A stretch of DNA of 64,000 nucleotides from Octopus sinensis (taxonomy: Eukaryota): contig NC_043013.1 in the NCBI RefSeq assembly GCF_006345805.1, positions 13,764,001 to 13,828,000 on the forward strand, given 5' to 3'. Positions 1 to 12,299 of the stretch are shown in pieces. Position numbers and translations under genes: made by a program. The notes below the pieces were generated by a model that saw nothing but the letters and a program-made list of their open reading frames with translations, was not told where the DNA came from and did no database searches. Position 1 is the stretch's first letter. Every line of letters starts with the position of its first letter.

Positions 1-552
1 TTGTACTGGCAGAAAAGCAATTCATATTTTTACAGAAACAACAATTTATGGAGAGATCCCATAAGTTAAATAATTTCATCCAGTCTGTTCGGAATAAATT
101 TGCCGTATCATTCAACACAAAAAACTTTGGCTTTTAAAGATTTTTCACGAAATGTAATCTCACTTAACATTTCGCCCTTAAAATGTAATTTTTTTCCTGA
201 AGCATCATGGTGCAATTTTCGACTTTCTTTTAAACTTAGTCCCCCGATTTTTTTTCCATGTATCTGCGTTAATTATAGAGATATCACTTTCCATATCTGA
301 TTGTAGTTTGGTATCAACATCATTCATTTTTATGAATACAAATTTTCTTATTTGATTACTATTGACAATACAGATTTCCCAGAATTTTTTTCTTTCGAGC
401 TTTTTTTTTCTGTTACTCTCTATAGTGTGAGCTTTTTATGCCCATTTTCACTACTCTTAAAACGTTTTTTTTTTTAAACGGACAGTTATTTTTAAAATGC
501 AGACCACCCCACTCATAACATGGATTCAGTCTTCACATATTTTTCTTTTTAG

Positions 553-886
553 TGAGGGCGCGTGGCTTAGTGCACTCGGGCACTCGGCTCATGATCGTAA
601 GGTTGTGAGTTCGATTCCCGGCGACGCGTTGTGTCCTTGAGCAAGACACTTTATTTCACGTTGCTCCAGTCCACTCAGCTGGCAAAAATGAGTTGTACTT
701 GTATTTCAAAGGGTCAGCCTTGTCACTCTTTGTGTCACGCTGATTATCCCCGAGAACTACGTTAAGGGTACACGTGTCTGTGGAATGCTCAGCCATTTGC
801 ACGTTAATTTCACGAGCAAGCTGTTCCGTTGATTGTATCAGCTGGGACCCTCGTCGTCGTAACCGGCGGAGTCTTTAAAAAAAAAA
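553..886 (+). mobile_element. tRNA-derived SINE
   Basis: A-box-like TGGCTTAGTG, B-box-like GAGTTCGATTCC, CORE-like GTGTCCTTGAGCAAGACACTT, A-rich tail. A second copy lies in reverse at 60415-60735. Confidence 0.85.
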
Positions 887-1194
887 CAAAACATTTTTCT
901 TTTTAACTAATCGTCACAGGTCGACACGCATGATTATGAGAGCAATCTTTTTCTTCAATTTTACCTGTGTTATATCTTAAATTCATAACCCTTTGGCATG
1001 CTTCTGCCACTACCTGGAGAATTAATTTTTGGCCCTGTTCTACTTTCGTTAATATCTGGGAACGTATATCTGCATCTTTGCTTGCAGTTAGTCTTTGAAC
1101 AAAAATTAGACATTTGAACATGTCCAAAGTTAATTCCTTTAATTTGAATTTTTCACAATCTGTTAACAATCCCAGCATAAAATTAGATATGTTT

Positions 1195-2100
1195 CGACCA
1201 AAGATTGGTCCAGGCCATGTCTAACTTAATAGCATCACCTGATAGGATTATTCGAATCCTGTTTATGTCAAGTTTTGTTTAAGTCAAGTTTTGTTCAAGT
1301 AGTGAGTTCTTGTTGGGTGAGTTGTATCCAGTTTTGTTCAAGTAGTGAGTTCTTGTTGGGTGAGTTGTATCCAATTATGGTTGGCTTATCTGGTATTCTT
1401 TGAAGGAATCTATCCAGACTGTTTAAAGTTGATGGGATCCTTTTCCTCTTTGATCTCCCTCGGGACAATGTTAGATAGGGCAGGGCCTGTTGAGGAAAAG
1501 AAATTATGTTGCAGTGTACATGTATGCTGTGATCTTGAATTTGGCAGGGGACGTATAGCTCGTGGTCCAAGTCTTGGATGAACCTTGAAGCTAATGTTTA
1601 GGTCGTTTGGGCAAAGTTGGCGGTATATTTTCCACATCGTACAAATGATGTACCGCTCACGGCGACGCTGGGGGGAGTAAAGTTTCAAGGCTTTAAGGCG
1701 ATCCCAATAATCGAGAGCAGCCATGCCTTCAATTTGTTTAGTGAGAGCCCTCTGGGGTGATTCAATTCTGGAGATGTTTTGTCTTGTGTGAGGAGACCAC
1801 AGTGGGCAGCAGTATTCAAGGTGTGGCCGTACAAAGGAGGAAAAAAGTGGTATGATGACACCTTGTTCTCTGGACCGGAAAGTTCTTAAGATCCAGGAAC
1901 TCATCCTACGAGCTATATCGACCTTCTTGTTGATGTGTGCACTCCAACTGAGATCGTCATCAACAATTACACCCAGGTCTCTGATATTGTTAGAGGCTGT
2001 GAGCGGTTCCCCTGAAGGAAGAGAGTATGGTTGTTTTAGTGAGGAATTTCTTCCAAAATGCATCAGCTCAAATTTTCCCCCATAGGTGACGAAAGCTTCA
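1195..2100 (-). mobile_element. 5'-truncated CR1-group LINE (family B), RT C-terminal part and 3' end
   Basis: GGKFELMHFG..NIRDLGVIVDDDLSWSAHI..FSSFVRPHLEYCCPLWSP..ERYIICTMWKI. Shares the 3' motif GCCATGTCTAACTTAATAGCA with 32600-32650 and 38430-38490. 43-bp tandem duplication at 1288-1373. Confidence 0.9.
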
Positions 2101-2944
2101 TTTTTTTTATCAAATTTAAACACTGCCAGCGAGGGAACACAGGGAACTTGTTTCATTGATAAGTTTCTATAAATAATTGTTTCATCGAAACAAATCTCAC
2201 TTGGTTTCTTGGGCATAATATAGTTACTATAATTTTCATGTTTGGTAGGCAATAACTTTCTTAAAAGTAGTCGTACTTTTTTCTTGTCAGAACAACTTTT
2301 ACATTCTTCTTTGAAACTTTCTACGTATCTTCAAAAACATGCAGAGAACGTAGTTCCTTTTTTCTGGATTATAACTGAACTCTCCAATGGCGTTTGCTAC
2401 ACTGTCTAGCGAGTATAAACCTGAAGTATTTTCAGACTGCTTCCATATTAACTCCAGCAAATGCTGGTTTTGTTGTTGCTGTTGTAATCGCTGTTGCAGC
2501 TGTTGTTGCTGGTGCAACTGCACCACACAGGTCAATAAGTCCTCCATGTTAACGATTTTTTTCTCTGGTTCCATACCGAAACATTTTAACCAAAGCTTCG
2601 AATATCTCGTCACCACTTTTAAATCCTGGTGCTGGATAAAAACATTTAACGAATTTGGGTAGAGGGGAGAAAGTATTTACGTGACACACTACTATTACTG
2701 CTGCTTGAGGCTAATTCCCCTCTATAAACTGTTCACAGTTAATTGCTGCTGTCAACTCGACAGTTGTTGATTTTAAAGAAATATGTCAGTGCACTTTTAG
2801 TCACTTGAGGTGGTCAGAATCCTTCCATATCACTTATATTCCCCATTCTCAGTTAAAAGATAAAGAGTGAATCATTCGATTCTAGACTCATCATGACAAA
2901 TTCACTTTACTAATCTGGAATTTTCTCATTTATTCAATTTGCAG

Positions 2945-2990
2945 ACTCTCAAACAAACCTGCCGTAGATGGTTTTACCAACAAAAGTAAA
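2945..2990 (+). CDS. Microexon A1 (46 nt, phase 2-0), LSNKPAVDGFTNKSK, N-terminal extension of the TRPM-like gene
   Basis: tttgcAG acceptor and GTAAGT donor. Open only in the phase 2-0 frame, which matches the next exon. Flanks homologous to A2 and A3. No transcript evidence. Confidence 0.7.
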
Positions 2991-4095
2991 GTAAGTCTTT
3001 TTAAATTTTAAAATACTTTTCTTTTGTTCTATTTGCCTGAATTGTGATGAATGGTTTGTTGAAATTTTCATCAATGGATATGTATAAAAAGAATACTGTA
3101 TATCCTTTTTATGAATATTCTTATATATTTTCTCACATTGGTGCAATCTTTTATACTGGAGGGCCAAACTATTATTCTTCATTCTGGTAGAGCCAGCTAC
3201 TATTTTTCCAATAAGTAGAGTTGTCTACTTTATCTGTTACTGGTAGTTCCAGAAACTATATTCCATATATTTAGAGAAGCCTTCTACTTTTTTGTATTAT
3301 TATGGCCAGTGTAGTAGTCTTCATTTTAGTACGGCGGGACACTAGAAAGGTCATCATGTAGCTCGAACGACTATGCATCCCGAGGTAGGATAATTTTATG
3401 CAGAATTAGGAGTAGAAAGCAGTAAAGTATGAGCGAAAAGGGTTTGAGCAGAACAAGTTCGTTGTTATACAGGAGAGAGATGAACGAGTGGAGAAGGAAA
3501 ATGATGGACGATAGGGGTTACGAGGTGCCAAAAAGGACATTGAAGCTAAAAGATTGGTACAAATGCGTGGGGAGCAGGAGATATCTTATAATACAGAACA
3601 ACAGGAAAAACAAAGATGGCACAGTAAAAAAGACAAGAGAGATGACATGCTGTTGAGTAGGCTGAGGAATGAGCGGCGAAGAGAAAGGAGAGGGTGACAG
3701 GTGTAGTGGTGGTGGCGGCGGCGAGATAATTTGATGGCATAGTGGGGTGGGTGGGAGTGATGAATGAAAGTGTGGGTGGAAAGAACAACATTAAATGATG
3801 AAGGATGGATAAATAGTGAATTTATTCTGGATAGAAAGAAAAGTGCTATCAAGTAAGAACTGGTGTTAGGGAGTTGATGGAGGTGGTGGATGACTTGAAG
3901 AGAATTGAAATTGGGTGAAGGGCCGAGTTAAACATAAATATACATACACAACTTTACAAGAGCACCACTGAAGTGGTATGTCTTTTGGAGAACTGCATAT
4001 CACAAGTGATACTGGTTCTCTAAAATTTCTTCCATGGTGTCCAAGCTTTTAATCACATCTCTGAAGTTCAAGATCCTGAGATAAGCCTTACGCTC

Positions 4096-4113
4096 ACACA
4101 CATACACACACAC

Positions 4114-4185
<72 letters not shown>
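4096..4185. repeat. (CA)n microsatellite
   Basis: Seen directly. Confidence 0.95.
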
Positions 4186-4186
<1 letters not shown>

Positions 4187-4195
4187 AGCTATTAA

Positions 4196-6212
4196 CACTG
4201 GTCGTCATCTTTTGAAAAGTCGTGTGCTTCTTAAGTGAGATTAGTTAATTCTTACGTATTTTCATGTCCTGAATCCAAATATGACCTTGAAAAATGCATA
4301 TTAGCTATAGGTTGAAAGACACATGACATATAATATTTTATTATTTTATTATAACGTACAGATTTTGTCATTATGTTTAATGCTCTAGTCCGTATCTACT
4401 CCCTGCCTTTTTGCTTGACGCTTATAGAGGGCTGAAGAATAATGTCCAGCAAGCATCGTTTTGCTCCATTTGCCCTGGTACCGCTGTGTCCATAGTTGAA
4501 ATATCTTGGTAAAACTGTCAACCATGTTCGTCACTAACTGCCCCACAGCCCGCTAGAAAAACGTCCAAATGTGTCTCCAAACGTGGATTTAACATGACAT
4601 GTTACATCTCATATTCTTGTAAGCCTTGGCGAGGTTTTCCATTAGTTCTTTAAGAAGCTCTCAGCACTGAGGACCAATGAAGACTCCCTCTTTTATCATA
4701 GCATTGCTCAGTGAGGGTGGGAATTCTGATGTTAAATACTTGAATCCTTGACCAGATTTGTCCATAGCTTTTACAAATTTTTTCATGAGCCCCACTTTTA
4801 TGTGTAGTGATGGGAGAAAAATTTTGCTTGGCTCAGTGAGAGGTGGAAGTTGAACATTTTTCATCCCAAGTTTCAACGTTTGACGAGGTGACCAGTCTCT
4901 CCTGATACAGTGCGAACCTCTTGCGCAGCTATCCCATTCACACAGAAAGTAACAGAACTTGGTGTATCCGTCCTGAGAGCCCATCACAAAAGCAACAACC
5001 TTTAAGTCATCACAGAGCTGCCATTGATGTTCACTATATTTTATGCATTGCAGCATAAGCTTTATATTCTCATATGTTTTTTTCATATATGATTCATAGC
5101 CCACATGAACTGAAGGTTTACTATTGCCATTATGCAACAAGAGAGCTTTCAGGCAAATTTTTCATGAATCCATGAACAGCCTTCAGTGACTGGGTTCGTA
5201 TTCAGTATCAAGTGCTTCCATCAGACCATTAATATTTTTTCAGGCCAATAAATCACCTTCCATTATGAAAAAATTGCTGAACTGTTGCTGACGGTCATGA
5301 AATTTTGAAAGTTTACATCAGCTATTCGGAGATTTCACTGTTGAAGACGAGAGCCTAGCAGCTCTGCCCTATTCTCAGGTAGTCATAGATCCTTGTCAAG
5401 GCCATAGAATTCCCGTTTTGCTATGAGATGTGATCTAGGGGAGTGTGTTTCATCAAAATTTTGGTCATTCTGCAATCCAGCACTGTTATCCTCTTCTGCT
5501 TCCTCTTCACCCCCTTCTTCATCTGACTCGAAGAATATGGAAGTTGGTGCATCAGGAACAGATAGGCATTTTCCACGTGGAACCTGGCGCATACCTAATG
5601 GAATATTTCGATATTCATGGGACACTTTTTTGAAAAGCCCTTTTTCACTGGAAGTACCATGCAGAAATAACAATTGCCTGTATTGTCTGTTGGCTCCCGC
5701 CACGTCATTCGTACAATAAAATATATTCCTTTCCTTTTCCTGTTCAACCATTGGTGAAGACTAGTAGCACAAGTGTTGCAACACATGTGAGGAGCCCACT
5801 TCTTATCCTGGTCGCCAATCTTGCATCCAAAACATAGGTGATATATCTTTCTAACCAGAGCAGTAATACGGCGCTTCTGCGATGCAAAGGTCACCTCACC
5901 TCAAATGTTGCAGAAGTTGTCTGCCTTATTCACAAAAGTGCGAGGCATTTTAAAGAAGACGACAAACAATAAGCAGCTAAACAGAAAATTCGTTCATAAA
6001 TTTATCATTAGCAGAAGTGTTTATATCATTCAGTAGAAAAATAAAATTAATATAAAATGCCTCATATGCATATCAACAGCTTGCTCAATGAATATTTATT
6101 ATAAGTTTAAAAAGTGTTTGGCCAGGAAAATCATTTACCTTTTACCTCAGTATATAAACTTGCACAGCACAACCACATCCTACGACTACTCTAACAATTC
6201 TGAAGGGCAGTG
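4196..6212 (-). mobile_element. Degenerate DNA transposon, Chapaev3-like (CMC)
   Basis: Peptides FGCKIGDQDKKWAPHMCCNTC..WREPTDNTGNCYFC (5595-5894) and CDDLKVVAFVMG..GYTKFCYFLCEWDS..LHIKVGLMKKFVKAMD..KEGVFIGPQ (4661-5140). CACTG at 4196 and CAGTG at 6208-6212 are candidate ends. Family name from motif recall. Confidence 0.65.
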
Positions 6213-6804
6213 CAACTGTGAGTGCGATAAGAAAGATACTACTGCGTGCTTTTGGAAATTTGTTTTTGATAGGATACCAACGTTGGCGGTGGAATTTACT
6301 TTGAAGGTTTCACCAATGAATAGATCTTTCAATTGATGGAGGCTACAAAAATATTAAATATATTAAACAACAAGATCATTTATCTTTAGCATCTGTTCTT
6401 TCCTTCCTTTCATTTTAGTCTCTATTTTTTAAATATGCATTAGGTGTATTGTATAACTTTCTCAGCCTGACAGATGTTTAAATTGGTGAAATAAAATTCT
6501 CTTATCTTCATGTGGCTCTGTTTCTATCCGGAAGATTTGATTCATTCCAATCCCATGTCAAAACCAGTGTACCATGCTAAAAACTATAAATCAGTAAAAA
6601 ACAAATTCATGTGTACTTGTGTTAATATGGATTGGATTATCTCTTCCAGATAATTGTAGTTATACTTATTTATTATAGTATTTCTGTTCAGTTATGTCTT
6701 CTCTGTATAATTTGTTAAAGAATTTGAAACTCTGTGTTATTAATGCCAGATGCTGAAATCTCATCATTCCTGCAAACATTCATATTATTTTCTTTTATTT
6801 TCAG

Positions 6805-6845
6805 AAATCTGATAAGAAATGGATAGAGGAAAACATTAAACTAAG
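6805..6845 (+). CDS. TRPM: Exon B1 (41 nt, phase 0-2), KSDKKWIEENIKL(R), TRPM N-terminal motif
   Basis: Long pyrimidine tract + tttcAG, donor GTAATT. WIEENIK resembles the TRPM N-terminal WIxENIKKR motif. In frame with both neighbours. Confidence 0.85.
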
Positions 6846-7612
6846 GTAATTCAAGAAATATGCCTCTAAATTTTATAACGTATATGTACACATATATTAG
6901 GATTTCAGTTATGGTAATGTTGTAAATTGAAACATTTTTATCAGTTGAGATTTTTCCAGTAATTAGTATACAAAAACATCGCTTAGAGATGTGGATATCT
7001 AAAAGCAATGGGCGGGAGAGGTAACTAAAAGAATCTCTTAATTGTTGATTTCCATATAAGTCATTTTTTCTTATGTGAAATTTGACTGGTGACTGTTGGT
7101 GCTGCTACCTAAAGTTGCTTTCGGAATAAGAGAAGTTGAGAAAGAAAGTTTACTAAGAAATAGGGAGAGAGTAAGGTTTTCTATTTTCTTTACTTTTAAC
7201 AGTGGATTAGAGATGCGGAAGGCGAGAGACAGTGATAGAATGAGGGAAAGTCTCTTACATGTTTAGGATTTCATTCCAGTAGTTTTTCAAAGATATTGTT
7301 TTATTTCTCTTGTTAATTTTCCTCCTCCAGTGCTTATTCGCCTTGTTAGATTGTTCTTCATACAGACTTGATTACCATTTCCTTTACAAACTACATGCAC
7401 ACCCCTCTGTGTTTCTCTCGGGTGCAAACGTGGGATCTCTTGTCGTATTTCCACGCTGCTTATCACGTGAGGATGACTTAGGATTAATTTCCAATATGTT
7501 TCATCTCGCCATGGTACCTTTCCTTTTGTCTTGTGTGTAGCATTCATCGTTCGAAACACACGTGGGAAATGTGACAGGTAACTGTTGTTGCTGCTACCTA
7601 CAGATGATTTTG

Positions 7613-7614
<2 letters not shown>

Positions 7615-7660
<46 letters not shown>
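7615..7660. repeat. (GA)n microsatellite
   Basis: Seen directly; another at about 8425-8460. Confidence 0.95.
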
Positions 7661-7664
<4 letters not shown>

Positions 7665-8431
7665 AAGTGAGTGAGTTACCTAGAAATAGAAGGGAGGGCA
7701 AGGTTTTCCTTTAAAGAGAAAGAACCACGCAGGGCTTATATTTTTTATTATTACAAGATTTTTTCTTACGAAGGAGAGAACATAAAATAATATTCCTATA
7801 TATTTCAATTTTCCACCTCATTTTTGAGTGTCCTAGTAGCTGGAAATAACGTTATTTCGCTTTTCTTTGAGCATCCCAATACATCATAACTTAGTATCAT
7901 GAGGCCAGTTGGACTATGTTCATTTTAAAACATTTAGGAATTATATACAGTCGATTTTCTTATTTCCGTTTTCTTTCTTTTTTTCTTAAACGCTTAGCAC
8001 TTAAGAAAAGAAGTGAAGAGATAGAAACAGAGAAATAAAATCTCAGGGGTTTTCTCATAATAATTTGGGAATATATTAAATTGTTACATTTCCAAATCCT
8101 ACTCCCTTAGATCACCGGTATTATTTATGAAAAGCATAAAAATGGAGATCAACAGAAGACTAAAAAAGTTAAATCTAATTGGTGTTTGATATAACAATAT
8201 ATCATTTCTGTTCAATCATTACTCTTAATACATCAAAGGCATAAATAATTTTAACAATCACACACATGTTTATGAGTGAAAGAGGTTAGGTTTTGTGATG
8301 CCGATTTGTTTCTCTTTTATATAAAGAACAAATTAAAGTGAATTAAGCAAAAGTTAAAACTGGTTTGTGAACTCAGTAGGAAATCCACAGCATCTGCTAA
8401 TAATGATCCTAATTATATTTATGGAGAGAGC

Positions 8432-8463
<32 letters not shown>

Positions 8464-9019
8464 TTTTTAAATTTTACTTTTCTGGCTGGGGACTTGATCT
8501 AATTTTATGTGAAGAAACTGAAATGAGTTCATCATAGATGATGAGTTATAACCACGACAACGTATATTGTTAGAAGTGTTTTCTTATATAATATTAAATA
8601 TGAAGAAGTCTCAAAAGGTTAAATCGAACATGCATTTTGGAAGTTTGAGATGAAGATCAAAATGTCTAGCTTTATTGTTACTTAAAAATTCTATAAATGC
8701 CAGTTTCCCCTCTTTCCCAAGATGTTAGGGCGAAAGCAGTAATTAAAACATGAAATCCAAAATATGAGAAATCCTGGTCTTTGTGTTCCGCAGCAAATGT
8801 AAATCATAGAAAGAAAATATATGGAAAATTTAAAAGAAAGTCAGTGTATTTAGCCAATTGGAAATGAAAAAGATGGCAAACATTGAAGCAAAAGACATTT
8901 TATTGGAGAAAGATATATTTTGCAATGAAAATGTGTTGCTGTGAAGATTTAATTTTGATGTAGGAGCATGTAAGAGAAACATTCTCCTCCTCTTCCTCTT
9001 CCTCCTCCTCCTCCTCCTC

Positions 9020-9660
9020 CTCATCATCATCATCATCACTGTTTAACGTCCATCCACCTTGCTGCTATGGTTTGACGGTGTGACAGGAGCTGGCCATCCA
9101 AGAAGCTCTCCAGACTCCAATTGTCTGTTTTTACATGGTTTCTAGGGCTGGATGCCCTTCCTAACGCCAACCACTTTGTAGAGTGTGCTGGGTGCACTTT
9201 ACGTGCCACCGGCACGGGTTCATTTTACATGGCCCTAGAACCTGTAAATCACATGCCTGTGTATATGGATGACCGGGATATTACTTAGCGTGGTACGTCT
9301 TTTAAAGTACAGCAGATCATCACAACTCCCGGTCCCTTGATATTTCCTCAGTGTAGCCCAGTGTCTGAAGATACTTTCTCACCATTTCGTCCCGTCGCAT
9401 CTTCCCCCGTGTATTCCATCCACAAGTTCTCTCCACAATTAGGGATCAGCTCTTCTTTATGCAACCGTCCTCATCCACACGCAACACATGACCAAACCAG
9501 CGCAGTCTCTTCTCTTGCTCACAACATCTGATGCCTCTTAAATCATATAGTTTTCCTCTTAAATCATATACACTCTAACATCCAGCGGAGCATTCTAGCT
9601 TCGTTTCTTTCAAGTGTTCGCAAGTCACCTGTTGTCATAGCTCATATTCCACCGCCAGTG
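9020..9660 (-). mobile_element. RTE LINE 3' fragment
   Basis: (CAT)n tail, GCTGGATGCCCTTCCTAACGCCAACCAC 3'UTR motif shared with the full RTE, reverse-strand EKRLRWFGHVLRVDED. Confidence 0.85.
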
Positions 9661-10189
9661 GTTTCATTAAAATAAATCCAACAGTAATGGGGAATCTACA
9701 AAAAAAAAATTAACCTGAATATTGAAAAATGTTTCTGTATTTAACTTTTTTGATGTACTACAATTTGCTGTTAATGTTATTCTCGTTTTGTTTTTAAAAA
9801 GAAATATAATTCGTCTAATGTTGATTACGATACTATTTCCACTTTTTGCAAAAATTTCCGAGATGATAGTGACTTATACCTGTCATTCTGGCACCTTTTC
9901 ATTTTCATGGAAGTGAAGCATAATTTTGAAGGAAAGTAATTTTATGGAAACGAAATCATTAATCTGTAATCCTTGAACATTTTTCTATTCAATTTTTATT
10001 AACTTTGGCAGCTGCTCTATTTATCTACAAAAGACACAGGAGTAATACATATGCATAAAGTGACTGGCTTAATATACCTGCAGCAGGATTAAATGAAGTA
10101 TGTCTACATTGCTGCCATCAGTTCCAGCATTATTTATTCATTTTTTAAAAATTATTTTCTTTTGCTTCTATTCAGGATATATATTATAC

Positions 10190-11330
10190 TCACACACAAA
10201 ATATCTAAGAATGCCACAGAAAATTCAATTGACTGGATCTCAGACGAGTAAAATTTACAAACAACAAAATGAAAAAAATGCTGTTGTATTAGAAAAGACA
10301 AAACACTGTGTAGAATTGTTATTTTCTTTGAAAAAAGAAAGCCTAGGGGCTAATAATGCAGAAATAGTATCAGACGTTCCTTTTGAAGAACCAGCTGCAT
10401 TCCTAAGTAGATCTGCAGAAAAGAGGAAGAACGTATTACATCAAAACATTCAAGGTGAAGAATCCTCATCTCCTACTGTCATGTTTAGCAAAGTAGCATC
10501 ATGGGATCCAGACACAGTCATATGATTTTCTGTCAGAGAAAAGTATTTGTCCATGTTCTTTCAGGCAAAAATCAGCCATATGTTAAAATAAAAATACCTC
10601 TGACACCTTCCCAGTATCTCGACACCATTATAAACCAAGTGAAGGCAAACTAGCTGGGCACTATCGTTGTTTTAAAAATTTAATGTTTTATACCGTTCAT
10701 GACAATGGTGAGCAGTTTTTTTAAAGATGTGACCCCTGTACAGCTCATCAGAGGGTAAGGTTTATTGTTTTTACTGCACTCTCCTGCAAGGTCAACATGA
10801 CAGGCTTTCCAACAAGGAAGGCTTTACTGAAGTGAGAAAAGCAGAGGAGAAACTGAAAACAGAAGAACAAAGTCAAGCCCCATCTTTTATGCAGGGATCA
10901 TCTCATGTTAACAAGGAGTTGGAAGAACAAGTCCAGGGAAACAAGAAATACTGGACTGAAGTATTGCATTCTTTCATGTAGTGACTGTGACAATATTTCT
11001 AGTTGAGAGAGGTCTGGCATTTAGAGGTAGTGAAGAGATAGTTGGCTGAGAAATTTTCTGAGAATTATGGAACTTATAGAACAATTTGATCCATTTCTTA
11101 TGGGTCACTTGAAAACCTTTGGCAATACTGGAAGTGGTAAGCAGTCGTACTTATCACCTACCATCTACGAAGAAATTGTTCTGTTGATGGTAAAACATAT
11201 CAAGAATTATATTGTTGCAGATTTTAAAACTGCCAAGTATTTCCCTGTTTCTGTAGATCCAACACCAGAATGTTGCTCAGCTTTCAGTTATTGTGCGTTA
11301 TGTTCTTTCGGGTAAGCCAATAGAAATTTT
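10190..11330 (+). mobile_element. hAT-type (ZMYM1/DUF4371-like) transposase remnant
   Basis: GLAFRGSEE..MELIEQFDPFLMGHLK..SYLSPTIYEEIV..AKYFPVSVDPTP; disrupted frames. Confidence 0.7.
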
Positions 11331-11928
11331 GAAAACTGCAGGAGACAGTCTTATGACAATGCCAGTATTATGTCCGGTCATTTTGATGATTGATAGTATG
11401 GAATGCGGAATTGGTTGTAGGTATAAGATTTCTAGTAGAGGAGAACGGAGAGAGGGTGTTCCTGTTGAGATAGGGTGTTGATGTGTGTATCAGTGATACC
11501 TGGATAAGGTGGTCAGAGATCATCCAGCAGAGGCTATTGTAGTAGCGGTAGAAAAGGCAGAGAAGACACAGCACAGTATGGGTCAGAATTTGGTGTGTAT
11601 TTGTAAGTGACTTCGTGCCAGTCTCTGAATATGGCCTTATCATACCTCAGATGTGAAATGGTGAAACCCATTTTCTTAATTTATTTTGACGGCAACATAT
11701 TTCTTATTTTTCCTTTTCAGTTTATTTAAAAGTAATCATTATTTGATTCAACTAAATTAAAATTTATTTATTTATTTCCGTGTATGGATTTATGTATCTA
11801 TGTCGGTGATATTTGTATCTTTCATTGGAGTTGTTCTTTATCTCTTGATTTTGTCATTTTGCCTCTTCTACCTTCCCCATCACAACTTTACTTCAACAGT
11901 TCATTTGGTTTCTGTTTGTCTTTGATAG

Positions 11929-12013
11929 AAATTCTAAAGATGAGGAGCCATCAAAACCCTGTGATGCATTTGGTACAGTAAACTTTGTAGAACATTATCC
12001 GAAAACTGCAACG
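11929..12013 (+). CDS. TRPM: TRPM-like exon (85 nt, phase 2-0), NSKDEEPSKPCDAFGTVNFVEHYPKTAT
   Basis: tttgatAG acceptor, GTATTC donor. PCDAFGTVNF matches the TRPM PTDAFG-I-F motif preceding the YVRV exon. Confidence 0.9.
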
Positions 12014-12180
12014 GTATTCTTTTTGCTTGCTTTTTATTGATGTTGTTTGTAGAAATTATCTAATAATCAGCTGAATATTTTGTCCTTGGATTTGTATAGC
12101 AGCAACATTTTACATGCTTTTAGTGAATATTTTTACATATCGTTTCTTTTTTTATATAGTTGGCTGTTATTTTTTATATT

Positions 12181-12182
<2 letters not shown>

Positions 12183-12216
<34 letters not shown>
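12183..12216. repeat. (GT)n microsatellite
   Basis: Seen directly. Confidence 0.95.
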
Positions 12217-12217
<1 letters not shown>

Positions 12218-12299
12218 ATGGATAGAAGTGATTCTGAGAGGTAAAAAATAACTTGAAAGTGCTATCATTTAAGGTTACTATATATGGAGATAACATGGA

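Larger units (their letters stand above)
1..2830 (-). mobile_element. Degenerate Gypsy (K02A2.6/Mag-like) LTR retrotransposon, gag and protease remnants, interrupted by a SINE and a CR1 fragment
   Basis: Minus-strand gag-like peptides at 2299-2616 (Q-rich, ...IGEFSYNPE), about 2115-2290 and 903-1178 (CEKFKLKELTLDMFKCLIFVQRLT..DADIRSQIL). Protease-like text at 1-300 (SDMESDISIINADTWKK...VLNDTANLFRTDWMKLFNLWD). PBS-like TGGTGACGAG on the minus strand at 2606-2615. LTR limit approximate. Confidence 0.75.

Noticed and set aside
553-630. tRNA genes here and at 60878-60960
   Set aside because: A/B boxes are present but no full cloverleaf, and each continues into a SINE body.
1410-2252. 280-aa ORF as a single gene
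   Set aside because: Chance in-frame chimera of Gypsy gag (about 2252-2110) and an inserted CR1 RT fragment.
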